From Octopus sinensis (lineage: Eukaryota), in NCBI RefSeq assembly GCF_006345805.1, contig NC_042999.1, positions 75,764,001 to 75,828,000 of the forward strand: a DNA stretch of 64,000 nt, in the 5' to 3' direction. Positions 52,240 through 64,000 of the stretch are shown piece after piece. The notes beneath the pieces are model-generated. The model was given only the letters and a program-made list of their open reading frames with translations, was not told the DNA's origin and made no database searches. Within the stretch, counting starts at the first letter, position 1; the number at the start of each line of letters is the position of its first letter. Position numbers and translations under genes: made by a program.

Positions 52240-52566
52240 CTGTTTTTCGCTCTTTCTCAAAGGTTGTCATTACTTTCAAGACGGTACTTCTTGATACGCC
52301 AAACATTTCGGCTGTTTTCGTTACGCTAGCGCCTCTCATCCGAGCACCAACAATTTGACTTCTTTGAAAGTCCGATAGATCTGTTATTTTAATTAATTTT
52401 AATTACCTTTTTCTGATGATATCTGAAAAGAAACAGCAATTTTAACAAAACATATTAAGCAACATTAATAATAAATCGAAGAACAAAAATAAACAAGCTT
52501 TTGACGGTTTTATAGATATTTCAAAATTATGATGCTAGGTGTTTCCATTATTTTGTCCAACCCCTG
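52240..52566 (-). mobile_element. Tc1-like transposon, left end fragment
   Basis: TIR caggggttggacaaaataatggaaacacc; HTH N-terminus LSDFQRSQIVGARMRGASVTKTAEMFGVSRSTV. Confidence 0.85.
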
Positions 52567-52964
52567 TGTGTATTTAGACATTAATATTCACATATCTTGT
52601 CCTATTGACTGAATATGTATTGTCTCTACTGACCCATGATAACGGAACTGGTAATATTGTATAGGTGAATGATTTATATGGAAAGCAGATATGTGACATG
52701 TTCTCCCTCAAGTAATTTACGTAACCATTCATCTACAAAATTGCATGTTTTGAAGCTTTACCATATATTTTAATTTTATGAATCATGGATTAACGTTCTT
52801 ATTTTCCAACACTACACATTTATTATCTGTTTAAATTCCAGATGGAATGCTATGCAGTTTAAGTGCTTCAGTGTTGATTTATATAAAGATGATTGTGTAA
52901 CTTGGATACTGAGGTTGTAAAGATCATTATCAATTAGTCATAGATACACTCGTTGCATAATCTT

Positions 52965-53000
<36 letters not shown>

Positions 53001-53189
53001 AAGTTGTTATCCTAGGCAATAATTTATTATTACTAATCTTAAAGGTAGTGGGCCAGCATTACCATTAGAGTATCGGGAGGAGTCCTTTTCCGCTATTTCT
53101 TTTTGACTTTACGTTCTGAGTTCAAATCCTGCTGAGGTCAGCTTTGCCTTTATTCTACCGAGTATCGATAAATGAAGCACCTGGATGAT

Positions 53190-54400
53190 AGATGTGTTGC
53201 CAGAAATAAACACCAGCTACTCAATTCTAAGTATATTTGTGAAAGTTTTGAGATTTTTGCGTTTTTCCAACTTTTCGACACAGGTTACAATAATTGATTG
53301 TAAAAAGAGTAAATTACCTGGTTTGGCTGGTGTGCACTACGAAATTTACGCATGCTTGCCTGTCTTGTTCGCTGGCATTTTAGCAGACGTTTATGCGAAT
53401 GATAAAATAACGTGAGAATTCTTGGTTCTGTAAGCTGAGAACTGGTGGTACTACTGACGAAGGACGCGAACAACGGTGACGTAATAGAAAATTTCTGGCC
53501 AATAAGTCTGCTAAATGTAAAGTTTAAGATTTTGGTCTATGTACTAGCAAATATGTTGGTATTTGACGAGGACGTAGTTGGAAAATCGCAGTCATGTGCT
53601 ACTGTATGCAAGTCTATCCGAGACAACTTCCACTTCAGCGATACATCGTAGAGAAGATTGGTAGTAAATATGGCTTCGGTTGGCTTCTAATCAACTTGGA
53701 TCAATCAAAAGTTTTCGAGTACCGACCATCGTTACTTGACAAATGTTCTCAAAGCAAGCCATTGAATATACAGTTCGTCCTCTAGAGAGACAAGTTCATA
53801 ACGTCAGTTACTGCCATGGGGCGCTGCACGGATGGTCCTGTTAAATTACTTGAAGTTTGTTTTCGTTAAATTTTGAACTGGATTGGAACTGAGACGAAAT
53901 AACTGGCAAGGTGGTCATTCTCATTCAGAAAAGGACTCAAAAGGAGCTATCTTTGAAAGATGAAGCGGAGGTGGAGAATAGATGCGACGCTTCCACTATA
54001 TATTACCGCCTAACCGTTGCGGTAATATACTTTTCATTTGACCAGATTGGAGTGTTTGCTTTTTCGCTTCGTGAGGAAGGGACGTGCTGCAGTAATCAGT
54101 CCGTCCATAAGCTGTCAACATTCTCTAGACGAAGGGTTCGGTTTTTTGTGGCTGCTGAAGCGCAGGCATGTGTTAATGCAACAGTTGTATGGATTCCGTT
54201 GACAGGTACGTTTTGCGTCAGCACGTGTTGTTGATGGCACTGTCGTCCTGAGTGAAACAGAAACTAAAACTGGGCCATAGCTTCAGGAATGCTAACAGGC
54301 GCTCATCAATCGGACAGCGCGGTCGGTGGTACTTTCACTTCGGTGCTCTATAGAGAACTAATTGTAAACAATTGTGAGAGCATTCTCGGGACAGCTCTTG
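53190..54400 (+). mobile_element. Decayed L1/Tx1-like LINE RT fragment
   Basis: KLPGLAGVHYEIY, IENFWPISLLNVKFKIL, SIRDN, LINLDQSKVF motifs across frames. Confidence 0.7.
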
Positions 54401-55099
54401 TGCCCCTGCCTGCAACTCAGTTACTGATTTTCACCACTCAAACCGCTCTATCATGGACGAAACTTGTTGCATATATGATTCTTTTCTATCGTTATTTCCA
54501 TTGAATATGTTCGCATGAGTTTGAGTTTCATTCCCTGGTTCTACCAGTCCAGAGTTTCACTTCGGAACACGGTTAATCAAATTTAGCGAATTACATATGA
54601 GCTTCCTCGCCGACTCACAGCTACACTGCAAGATCTATGCATAAAGCCTTTTCACAGAACAAACCATTTTAAGAATAATCAATCTCCTCATTGTTTTCTC
54701 GTAGAATATGGCTGTGATCTCTTTAAATTCAAGGTTATCAATTACTTTGCCAAATGTTGACACTTTCCTTTCTTTTAATAGCCTTTTAATGGCTCTTTTG
54801 TTACCATTTCATTTTATTCCATTTTAATACTTCCTTTATTGTCATCTCATTTACTGTATTTTATTACCCTTAGCTCTTTGTTACCATTTCATTGCATCTC
54901 ATTTAAAGCATTTATCCATTTTTTTCACAGCCATTTTATATGTATGTATATCTAAATTTTTTTTTATCATTAATGTTTCTTTTAACTTCCCACTATTCTT
55001 CTGACTAGAATTGAAATATCGAACTTGTTTAGGTGGCTTTGAGTAAAAGCAAAAAAATAAATCTATTGACTAAGATCAAGATCCATAAAAGAACAATAC

Positions 55100-57141
55100 T
55101 CTCATGTGTGGTACACAGCTATTGCTACACGCTTTAAAAAAATCTAATACTTCATTTCACAAAAACTAATCCGACTCAGTTACAAAGATTCACTCACCAA
55201 TAAACTCTGGTCATTTTCTTTACTTCGTCTGTTCTATTGCCAGAACCACCTTCACCAAGGCTCACCTGCAAAATCTATGAATACTGCTGCTGCATTGATA
55301 TTCAATTCACTACCATTCGTGCCATCATAGTTAACAAGGGTTCTCTTGCGCGTTGGAAAATTAATGGAAATATCTCTCTTCTTAAAGTACTCCTTAACAC
55401 CAAATAATCTCATTTCACTTCTTTGAATGTGTAGTTGATGGATATCTGAGAGATGTAATGTGTAATGATTTCTAGTGCATTTCTAGTATTATGGTCTATA
55501 GAATCTAGTTCTGCATTTCGCTACTGATACTATATTATCAATAAATCGCTATAAACATCGTCGCCCACGTCGGTATTTCCTTGTAGTCGGAGATGATGTG
55601 AGGTTTCAGAAATACTGAATCATTCCCTAATAAATTTGGTAGGTGAATAGAAAGTGTCATGTGTTCGATCCATGCAGCGCTTGGTTTCCAAAAGTCCCCG
55701 CATCCACGTTTCAGATGGTTACAAATAATGTGAGGTGTGCCAAAGTGCAGAGTGATATCGATACTGTAGACCATTGTTCTCTGACTAGAAGCTTTCTTTC
55801 AGTGCATGAGTAACTAGTTTATCAGTTAGACTGAGGTCAATAAGCGGAGATTTGAACTCTGAAAGCCAATGTAAGGTATCTCACCCCAAGATCTAAGTAC
55901 TCAACATATCTACTGCCTTATACCGATACATTAGTTGTCGATTCCGACAAAATGCATGACAATTTTTACCCAAGGAGGATTTAAAGAGTACCCGAAAAAA
56001 TAACTTATAGACCAGTGTAATTGTCACCAATTTGGCAGCAGAAGTTGCTGCAAGAGTATCCAGCTAAGTTGAACACGTGACTAAATTAGCGGTTCCGCAC
56101 CGGACATATTTTAAGGCTTAGACATTATGTTTTATCTCAAGTTAGTGAGGCCATTTATTTCTAGCTAGGAATCTGTAACTCTGGATGCGAGAAGGTGGAT
56201 ACTAGTTATTGTCAGCTGGTACTAACTGAGCCTGGAATACATATCAAGTAGATTTGTCAAGCCTTGAAGTAGTGACTGAGGTCACTATATACTACATGAA
56301 AACAAAATTAAGCAAACTGACTTGCATAAGAACATTTAGACAATAGTAGAAGGTAGCGGCTGGTTATTGGTAAGAATAGAATCGATATTGAGTAGTTTAT
56401 GAATTAATGCATTTACGAAACCTTATACTATGTGTTTAAAAAGGAACCCGCAGTCTAGAAGTAGAATAGTATCAACAAGTTTCATCTTTCATTAGAAGCT
56501 CACAAGAAAATACTTATCCTGCTTTTTAAAGTGTTAGGCTGAAAAGAGTTAAGTTTAGAAAAGTAAAAAAAATATGTAGGCATAATGATATCTAATGGTG
56601 ATACTCACAGAAATGTATATATAATTATGACATGGGTTGGGTTACAGTTGGCATATTTAAGCAGGAGTATTAGCTATGAGAACTTGAAATAATTATATGA
56701 AGAATAATTAATATCAGTCATAATCTCAAATATTTTTGAGTCTTTCAGCAACACTAGGAGATAGCTTCGGTCATGTTTCGATCTCATTAAACATTTTCAA
56801 AGAAACTTATATTTTCCCATACTTGCCAAAATAGAGATACGAAAATCGTTTCTGTGCAACGATGCAAAATTGTTAGCGTAGATAAATAGAAATCTAGGTT
56901 GACGACTGGATATCTTTAACTCAAGTACACAATGTGGTTGTGAATTTATACAAGCACACAAATACATATGTGTGTACATATATATGTATGTATTTAGATA
57001 CATACATACATACATACATGGATACACAAGTATGTATATGTAAGCATATAAAAACTCTCACACACACACAAACACACATATACATGCATACATATACAAA
57101 TACATGCATATATATATATATATATATATTTATTTATTTAT

Positions 57142-57175
<34 letters not shown>

Positions 57176-60100
57176 GTCATATGCAGTATGTCTAGATATA
57201 TCTAGCAAACATTAAATCTAGTGAAATTCGTCCACATTGTTGTTAAACTACTGCCCCAAATCTCTCTGATGATCTTTAATGATGTCCACACATAATTGTT
57301 TTATCAGCAATTCAAAGGCTAGGCTTCCTTTTCATAGTCATAAAATATTTCAACTCTTATCAGTTATAGACACTCAACAAAGGTCAAGTGGGACCTATGT
57401 TAGGGCTCTACTGATGTATTTCAGACAATGATGCTGCTGTACACACAAGCATTTTAAAGAGCATCATCAAAAATTCCAACTAATTTATTAAAGTACAACT
57501 CCTAGATGAACTATTTCTCTATTCTACCATTAAAACAACGATCTCTGTTCCGAACCAGGAAGCTCCACGGCGCCTTTGATCCGATTCTCGCTACTCCTCT
57601 CGTCCTTACGTTTTCCATAATTTAATCTCGTCCTTCGCACTATTCTTCAGCCTCCTAACTGCAGACACATACTAATAGAAGTTCAAAGTAAGTATCAATT
57701 GCATCGATCTTCTCGCTGTCAATGGTCAGGGCTTTTGGCCCTGGTGGTCGGACTGATTAATAAAAATATACAAGAAAGTAGAGATGACCAATACACTTAA
57801 TTAAGACAAATCTTTTAGTATGGAGCTAGCAATGGTGTAATTTCTTTGTAACCAATTCGTTTCATTTAAACCGTTTGTGTGACTTGAAAAAGTGTGTAAA
57901 TTCTGACATCCCGCCCTAAGTATTTATAGAACCTGGGTATTGATCGTAGTTTTATCTTAAGCTAAAGTGAAATCTCTAATAGCAATCTGAGCTCATAATC
58001 CTATTTTAAGTTCTAATTCAAGTTATCTACGCCAATATTTCCATTCTAAAAATCATAAATGCCACACAACCATATATTTGTCAAATGCAAATTTGTGGCA
58101 TTTAAATTTTGAAATCAGGGAGAAATTATCAAATTTCAAACAGAAAAATGAGAACTTCCAAACATGATTTGGGATTCATACACCATAACCTACTTGTAAA
58201 ACTTAAGATAACACGATCAGGATGCACACTACAAATCGTCTTCTAGTGATAGTAATTTCCATGTTTTGGAGCCGGCGGAACCTTAAAGGAAACTGATGCA
58301 TTTCAGATGAACTAAATTGAATTTCATAGATACATTATTCATGTACACATATCCGCTCTCTATAGTTTTATGCTGATGTAAACCAAATCGTCACTGAATA
58401 GGTCACTTTGAAAAAAAAAATCTACAATAGGAGGAAACAAAGTTTTAAAAAGACATAGCTAAGACACTATGAAAACTACATCATTTGCTAAGATATAGCT
58501 AATGTTAATAGAAATTATTTTCTGAACTACAAAAATCCATTTTTGATTTGAAATACTTGAGAAATAGATTTCCCAATTCCTTAGAATTTATTCTAATCTA
58601 TTGAAATAGCTTTTTCTAAGCAAGGCTGGAATATTCCAGTGACAAGACAAACAGAAGAAATGTATATTTAAATATTACCATGTATACACCATTGAGAGGA
58701 TGCGTGCCTTAGTGATTAGGGTATTCGGCTCACGATAGTAAGGCTTTGAGTTCGATTCCCAATAGTGCGTTGTATCCTTGAGCAAGACAATTTAGTTCGC
58801 GTTGCTCCAGTCCACTCAGTTGGCAAAAATGAATTGTACCTGTGATTTAAAGGGCCAGTCTTGTCACACTTTTTGTCGCGCTGAACCTTTCTAAAAACAA
58901 CATTAATGATACGCGTGTCCGTGGAGTGTTCAACCATTTGCACGTTAATTTTACGAGCTGGCTGTTTTGTTGAGAGAATCAACCAGAACACTCATTGTCG
59001 TCGTCGTAAACGACGGAGAGCCAGGCCATACCCCATTAAACTACATCGAACACACTTGCACCAAATCTTAACTGAAGACTCGCCATTCATCCGTTTTTAC
59101 ATGCGCAGGCATAGGAAAAAATATATCCGCTGATTACTTCCACGGTGTAAGAACACTTATATCTACGTTTTATTAGTTTTCGTAATATTTTACCTCTATT
59201 TTAAAATGCTGTCGGTAGTGTGATATGTTGTGTACAAGGCGATATTTTATCATATGTTGTGTCATGTACAAGCTGATACAATATTCATCACCTAAGACGC
59301 TGTCCCTGTATTAGGACTAAATCAGGTTGCAGAGTCTTACCCACTTCAAACTATATTGTAAGTAGGAGTCAATTTTTGAAGGCCCTGGACACTGAGTCAG
59401 TATTTTTAATGTTAGTGACAATCTTTGATGCTAATTATACCTTTAAACTCACATAAATCCATGTAAGGATATTTCTTTGGCAGCAATAACAGGCACATCT
59501 CAATACCATCTGCAACTCTCTTTTATCACAGTTAACTGGACTTGGACTATTTCTCACATATGTCTTCTAACCTCGGATAAAATTCAACACCAAAGACAAA
59601 ATGCAAACCATCAATTCTTCAACTACTTGAGCACTATCGGCTTACGACAAAATAAAAAAAAAAGTAGTTTTCTTCAACATAGGCTGTGTTTGATGAACGA
59701 TAGATTTGTAAACATTGGAATACCTGATCTATTCAGCCATTTCATATCTTTAAGTGAAAAAAAAAACTGTGCAGTACCGATGATGTGTTCGATGACCAGC
59801 TTCTGCTTTCCCCTACGTAATTAGAAGAAATATTCAACCCAACATTAATCAGAATTGATGATGGAAAATAAAGGGTAAATTTTCTCAGTTTATATGGTCA
59901 GTATCTGAATGTATTTTGTTTTAGAGATTATCAAGGAGAAGGAGCAGCATAAACGAGCATTGAGAGATTCCCAGGCAGATGAGGAATGATGCAGGTCACT
60001 ATCGGTGCGGAGGGAGATGAGTCTCTGCTCTGAATGTTTGCATCAGAATCAACTCCTTTGAAAGAACAATAGACCAAACTGTGGTATTAAACAGGACCAT
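55100..60100 (-). mobile_element. Possible long, highly decayed LINE
   Basis: Scattered weak motifs only (RAKSPD near 57740; CG..IEH near 55690); non-microsatellite, coding-like composition. Confidence 0.3.
58697..59022 (+). mobile_element. tRNA-derived SINE related to family B
   Basis: gtgccttagtgattaggg...gagttcgattccc head; 3' body shared with 18150-18320. Confidence 0.7.
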
Positions 60101-60395
60101 GCATTAGGCCTACCATATATCGCACTTCGTTTGATTCTCGTGTAATCTAATTTTTTTCTTTAGTATAAACTGTAACTTGCTCATTAGACGTCATGTTAAA
60201 TACTGCTAGGACCCATACTTAATAACCAAATAACTTTCTAAAGTAGTAATATTTTGTAAAAATGTTTTTCTGTTCAGCAATCATTTCTAAAATATTTTTT
60301 AGTACTCGGTTCAGTAGTTTCTAAAATATCAAAGTAGACGCTTAAATAATCAATCAAGCAAACAAAAGTTTTTAACAAATTTACACATAATATTT

Positions 60396-60451
<56 letters not shown>

Positions 60452-61233
60452 ATATTTCTGGTTAGATATGTTGAATGCAAAAAATGAAAGTTGCGCTGTG
60501 TTGCTTTAGGGCAAGTAACAATTATTTTGTACCCAATTAATGAGATAAGTTGTAGTCTATGTTTAAAAAGAACGTCATTTTCAGAGAATAATTTGAATAC
60601 CAGGAATTCCGTTCTGTATGAGGAGGAGGGGTAGGGTGGAGGAGAAAAAGAAAGAACAAATGAAAGTGTGCCGAAGAGACAAAGGAAAAGAAAAATCTCA
60701 GGGAAACTTAAGCCATCAGCTACATTAACAAACATGTATAATCCATTTGAATGCATACATTCATACACACGGACACTCATATAAAAATATAGACAGACAG
60801 ATAGAGATATATAGATAGATTTAAGTATGTAATAGAGACAAAAACCAAATGTTGATATTTTGATATTTTGAATGCATTTAATACGCGTCATTCGAGTTAA
60901 TTGTGTAAGAATTCTCATAAGTAATTGCTCGAAACGTGTATTAAATGCATTCAAAATATCAACATATGATTTTATCTTTATAAAATATTGCATGACTTTC
61001 TTCCACACAAGTCTAGCCTGTTCTTGCCTCGATAATACTATTTCTATTCACAAGGATTTAGGAGTAGAATGTTTTAGAAGACACAAGTCAAAAAAATTCT
61101 TGTAAAGTATATAGCATCATTGCACACTTCTCAGCACACACATATATATAGGTCAGGAAAAATGCACTCGTATATTTGTCAGAGTGGGTATATTAGTCGA
61201 AGTGTACAATATTATATATCAAATACGACCGAT

Positions 61234-61310
61234 CGTATCGATCGGTTTCGCATTAGGAGTTTAACGGAGTGCTAAGTCCGATTATGTAACCCAGCGCTCT
61301 TCAGAAATGG
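61234..61310 (-). ncRNA. Decayed hammerhead-like motif with truncated inverted copy (61333-61367)
   Basis: [CUGAAGA]-GCGCUGGG...CCUAAUGC-[GAAA]-CCGA-UC. Stem II base 7/8 paired, stem III one change from ACCGGU, stem I eroded. Confidence 0.45.
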
Positions 61311-61604
61311 CACGCCATATTTCGTTCTATAACTGCCATCTGTGAAGAACGCTGCATAATCGGACTGATTTGATAGCTATACACAAGCATACAATATTAC
61401 TTTTCAGTCTCGTCTTTTCTTTTGTTAAAGCGGTATGGTTTTAAATTGAGAATACTTAGCTATTTCCAGCTAGCCTGCTGATCATGTTGAAGTACTCCCT
61501 GTGCTGATATAAGTACTATCGGTGTGCTAAAGCTAAAAGTGTTCGGTATTTAAATACATAACACGTTTAGAGTTGTACATTGATAAAAAGTAGAATTTTG
61601 TTTT

Positions 61605-61815
61605 CAAATTTTGGCACAAGATCAGCAGTTTCTGCCGGACGGGGCAAATCGATTACATCGACTCCAATGCTCAACTGGTACTTATTTTATCAAAACCCGA
61701 AAGAGGTGAAAGGCAAAGTCCACCTCGGCGGAATTCGAACTTGGAACGTAAAAACGGACAGAAGGCCGCTAAGCATTTTGCCCGGCGTGTTAACTATTCT
61801 ACCAGTTCGCCGCTT
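61605..61815 (-). mobile_element. SINE family A
   Basis: Reverse complement of the family A head/body. Confidence 0.75.
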
Positions 61816-63444
61816 TTGTAGAATATTAGAGGCAGTAAGTGCTTTATGGCTTACTATAAAAAGAAGTGTTTGTGCTGTTGCGATTGGCAGTGTTTACTGG
61901 AGTATGTATGCGGGAATTCGTTAGGTATGACAAAATGTATTCGTTGCTTTTCTATAACACAAAGAACCCTATTGTTACACTTATTCAAGTTTGTTACAGG
62001 CGTTTCTATCGTACTTTTCTTTCTTCCTCCCGCTTCTTCATTACTTTCTGTTTTACTTTCTTTCTTTTTCTTTCTTTTTCTTTCTTTCTTCCTCTCTCTC
62101 ACTCTCTCTCTCTCTCCCTCTCCCTCTCTCTCTCTTCCCGCCTCCCTTATTCCTTCCCACTTTCACTATACCGTAGTGTCAGACTGTTTTACATGCTCCA
62201 ATTCACTTCACTAGAAGAAATAATTATCAGAACTGCGATAGATCTCACTCTAGGCAAAGCATTTGTGTCTCACCTGGATAATGATACATTAAACTTGAAT
62301 AATTAAATATAAGGTTTATGGACTACTATAAATTAAAAACCAGCTCAGTGAGCTATTAAGCTGTTAAATACTTACATGAAGCTAACGCATAGATATGAAA
62401 GCAAATGGTAACACTGGTCTAAAGCACATGGTTTCCTAGATGGACTATAAGTTTTATAGATAGACTTCAAAGTTGTTTTCAGTTGTATGTTCTTGAAATA
62501 TTAATCATATTTGTAATAAGTTTTTAGTTTACATATTTGCTTAGATCATTACTATTTAATCACGCCTTTTAAATTTGATTTTCTACAAGTGAATCCCAAC
62601 AACGAACTATCAGAGTGAATCTCATAAAAATATACCAAATATACTTTGATGGTTCGCGCGCGCGCGTATATGTGTGGATGTGTGTATGTGTGTGAGTGTG
62701 TGTGTGTATGTATAACCAGATCAAGCAGTAGATACAATATCAAATCGGTTCTGCTTGCTGAAGTGCTGAATATGACTGGTTGAACGAAAGAGACAATCAG
62801 TACTTTTGACATATTCATAAGTTGTGAAGAAATAGTATCATACTGGATGTTGTTTTAAACATTATTGAGTTTAAGGCAAGTAACAGACACAAAATTGACT
62901 AATCAACACTTCTATTTTGCACATAGACCAGTCCTATAGTGGACTAGCTTCCAGTGGTGATGAAATAGACAGCAGTGAATATGCAATAGGCTAACGTGCC
63001 AGACTTGTTGCAGCTTCAGTTTCTTATACCTGAAGAAAATTAAAGCAAAACTAATTAATAAGTTATCTCCGTCGAAAGAGAAGGTAGGTATTGTATCCTA
63101 ACATAACGTGTGAGTACCAATTGAATTCGACATTTCTATTTGGTAATGTGCTTTACAATGGATGGTTCTGCCGACGCAATAGCATCAGAATACAAATTTT
63201 TCAACATCCCCATTGCTGAATCTGTACATCCGTTTTTCATTAAAATCTGTATAGAGACCATAAAGTTATTGATATGCTAATAAATTTGCTAGCAGGGCTT
63301 ACAAAATGCTTTTGCTTATGGTGAAGAAATGTGGTACCATGAATCTCTATAAAAAATATTATAGACCACTTAGGTTAGTATATATTCTGTCACCAATTAT
63401 ATTACTAATTACCAAACGTGCACTTTAAAATAAGTGAAGGTTAT

Positions 63445-63612
63445 AGGCGTAGGAGTAGCTTTGTGGTAAGTAGCTTGCTTCCCAACCATATGGTTCCGGG
63501 TTCAGTCCCACTGCGTGGCACCTTGCGCAAGTGTCTTCTTCTATAGCCTCGGGCCGACTAAAGCATTGTGAGTGGATTTGGTAGATGGAAACTGAAAGAA
63601 GCCCGTTGTATA

Positions 63613-63700
<88 letters not shown>

Positions 63701-63915
63701 ATATGTTTGTGTGTCTGTTTGTACCTTCAACATCGCTTGACAACCGATGGTGGTGTGTTTACGTCCTCGTAACTTAGCGGTTCGGCAAAAGAGACCGATT
63801 GAATAAGTACTAGGCTTACAAGTCCTGAGGTCGATTTGCTCAACTAAAAGGCGGTGCTCCAGCATGGCCACAATCAAATGACTGAAACAAGTAAAAGAGT
63901 AAAATAGTAAAGAGC
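63445..63915 (+). mobile_element. SINE family C with internal microsatellite
   Basis: Homologous to 21173-21620. Confidence 0.8.
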
Positions 63916-64000
63916 GAGTTAACAATGCAATAGGTTTTCACTCTGTTTTCTACATTTCTAAAATCGTGATCTTTGCTTTTCTGTTTTGTAATTACGTATA

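Noticed and set aside
52413-52432. CUGAUGA-UAUCU-GAAA
   Set aside because: Inside the Tc1 fragment; no stems can form.
63024-63092. CUGAAGA...GAAA with AUAC/GUAU flanks
   Set aside because: No stem II or III and no valid NUH triplet in register.
1-64000. CRISPR arrays, operons or other prokaryotic systems
   Set aside because: The sequence is eukaryotic (spliceosomal introns, SINEs, microsatellites) and has no repeat-spacer array.

Overview
AT-rich, microsatellite-dense animal genomic DNA. The SINE/LINE repertoire suggests a cephalopod (octopus-like) genome; this is an inference. The only convincing host gene is a CYP2-clan cytochrome P450 on the minus strand: exon 1 at 42600-42261 and exon 2 at 12095-11870, joined in phase across a 30.2-kb intron, with later exons not found in the window. 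The rest is mostly repeats: several tRNA-derived SINE families, a stack of (TAA)n-associated R4/Dong-type RT+RLE retrotransposons, an RTE LINE with a twin-priming-type 5' inversion, mariner/Tc1/hAT/Helitron/L1-like relics and MITEs. The most interesting signal is a set of small, non-coding elements with no obvious similarity to one another, sitting in or next to microsatellites. They carry minimal type I hammerhead ribozyme folds with palindromic stem III (about 9.4-10.3, 12.4, 20.7-21.1, 50.3-50.6 and 61.2-61.4 kb). Four have inverted or partial-tandem architecture typical of Penelope-like elements/retrozymes, and two have a compensatory U3-A8 core instead of C3-G8. A possible decayed HDV-like fold lies at 26.06 kb. 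All structures were folded by eye and nothing was computed. Most ORFs in the supplied track are microsatellite artefacts.
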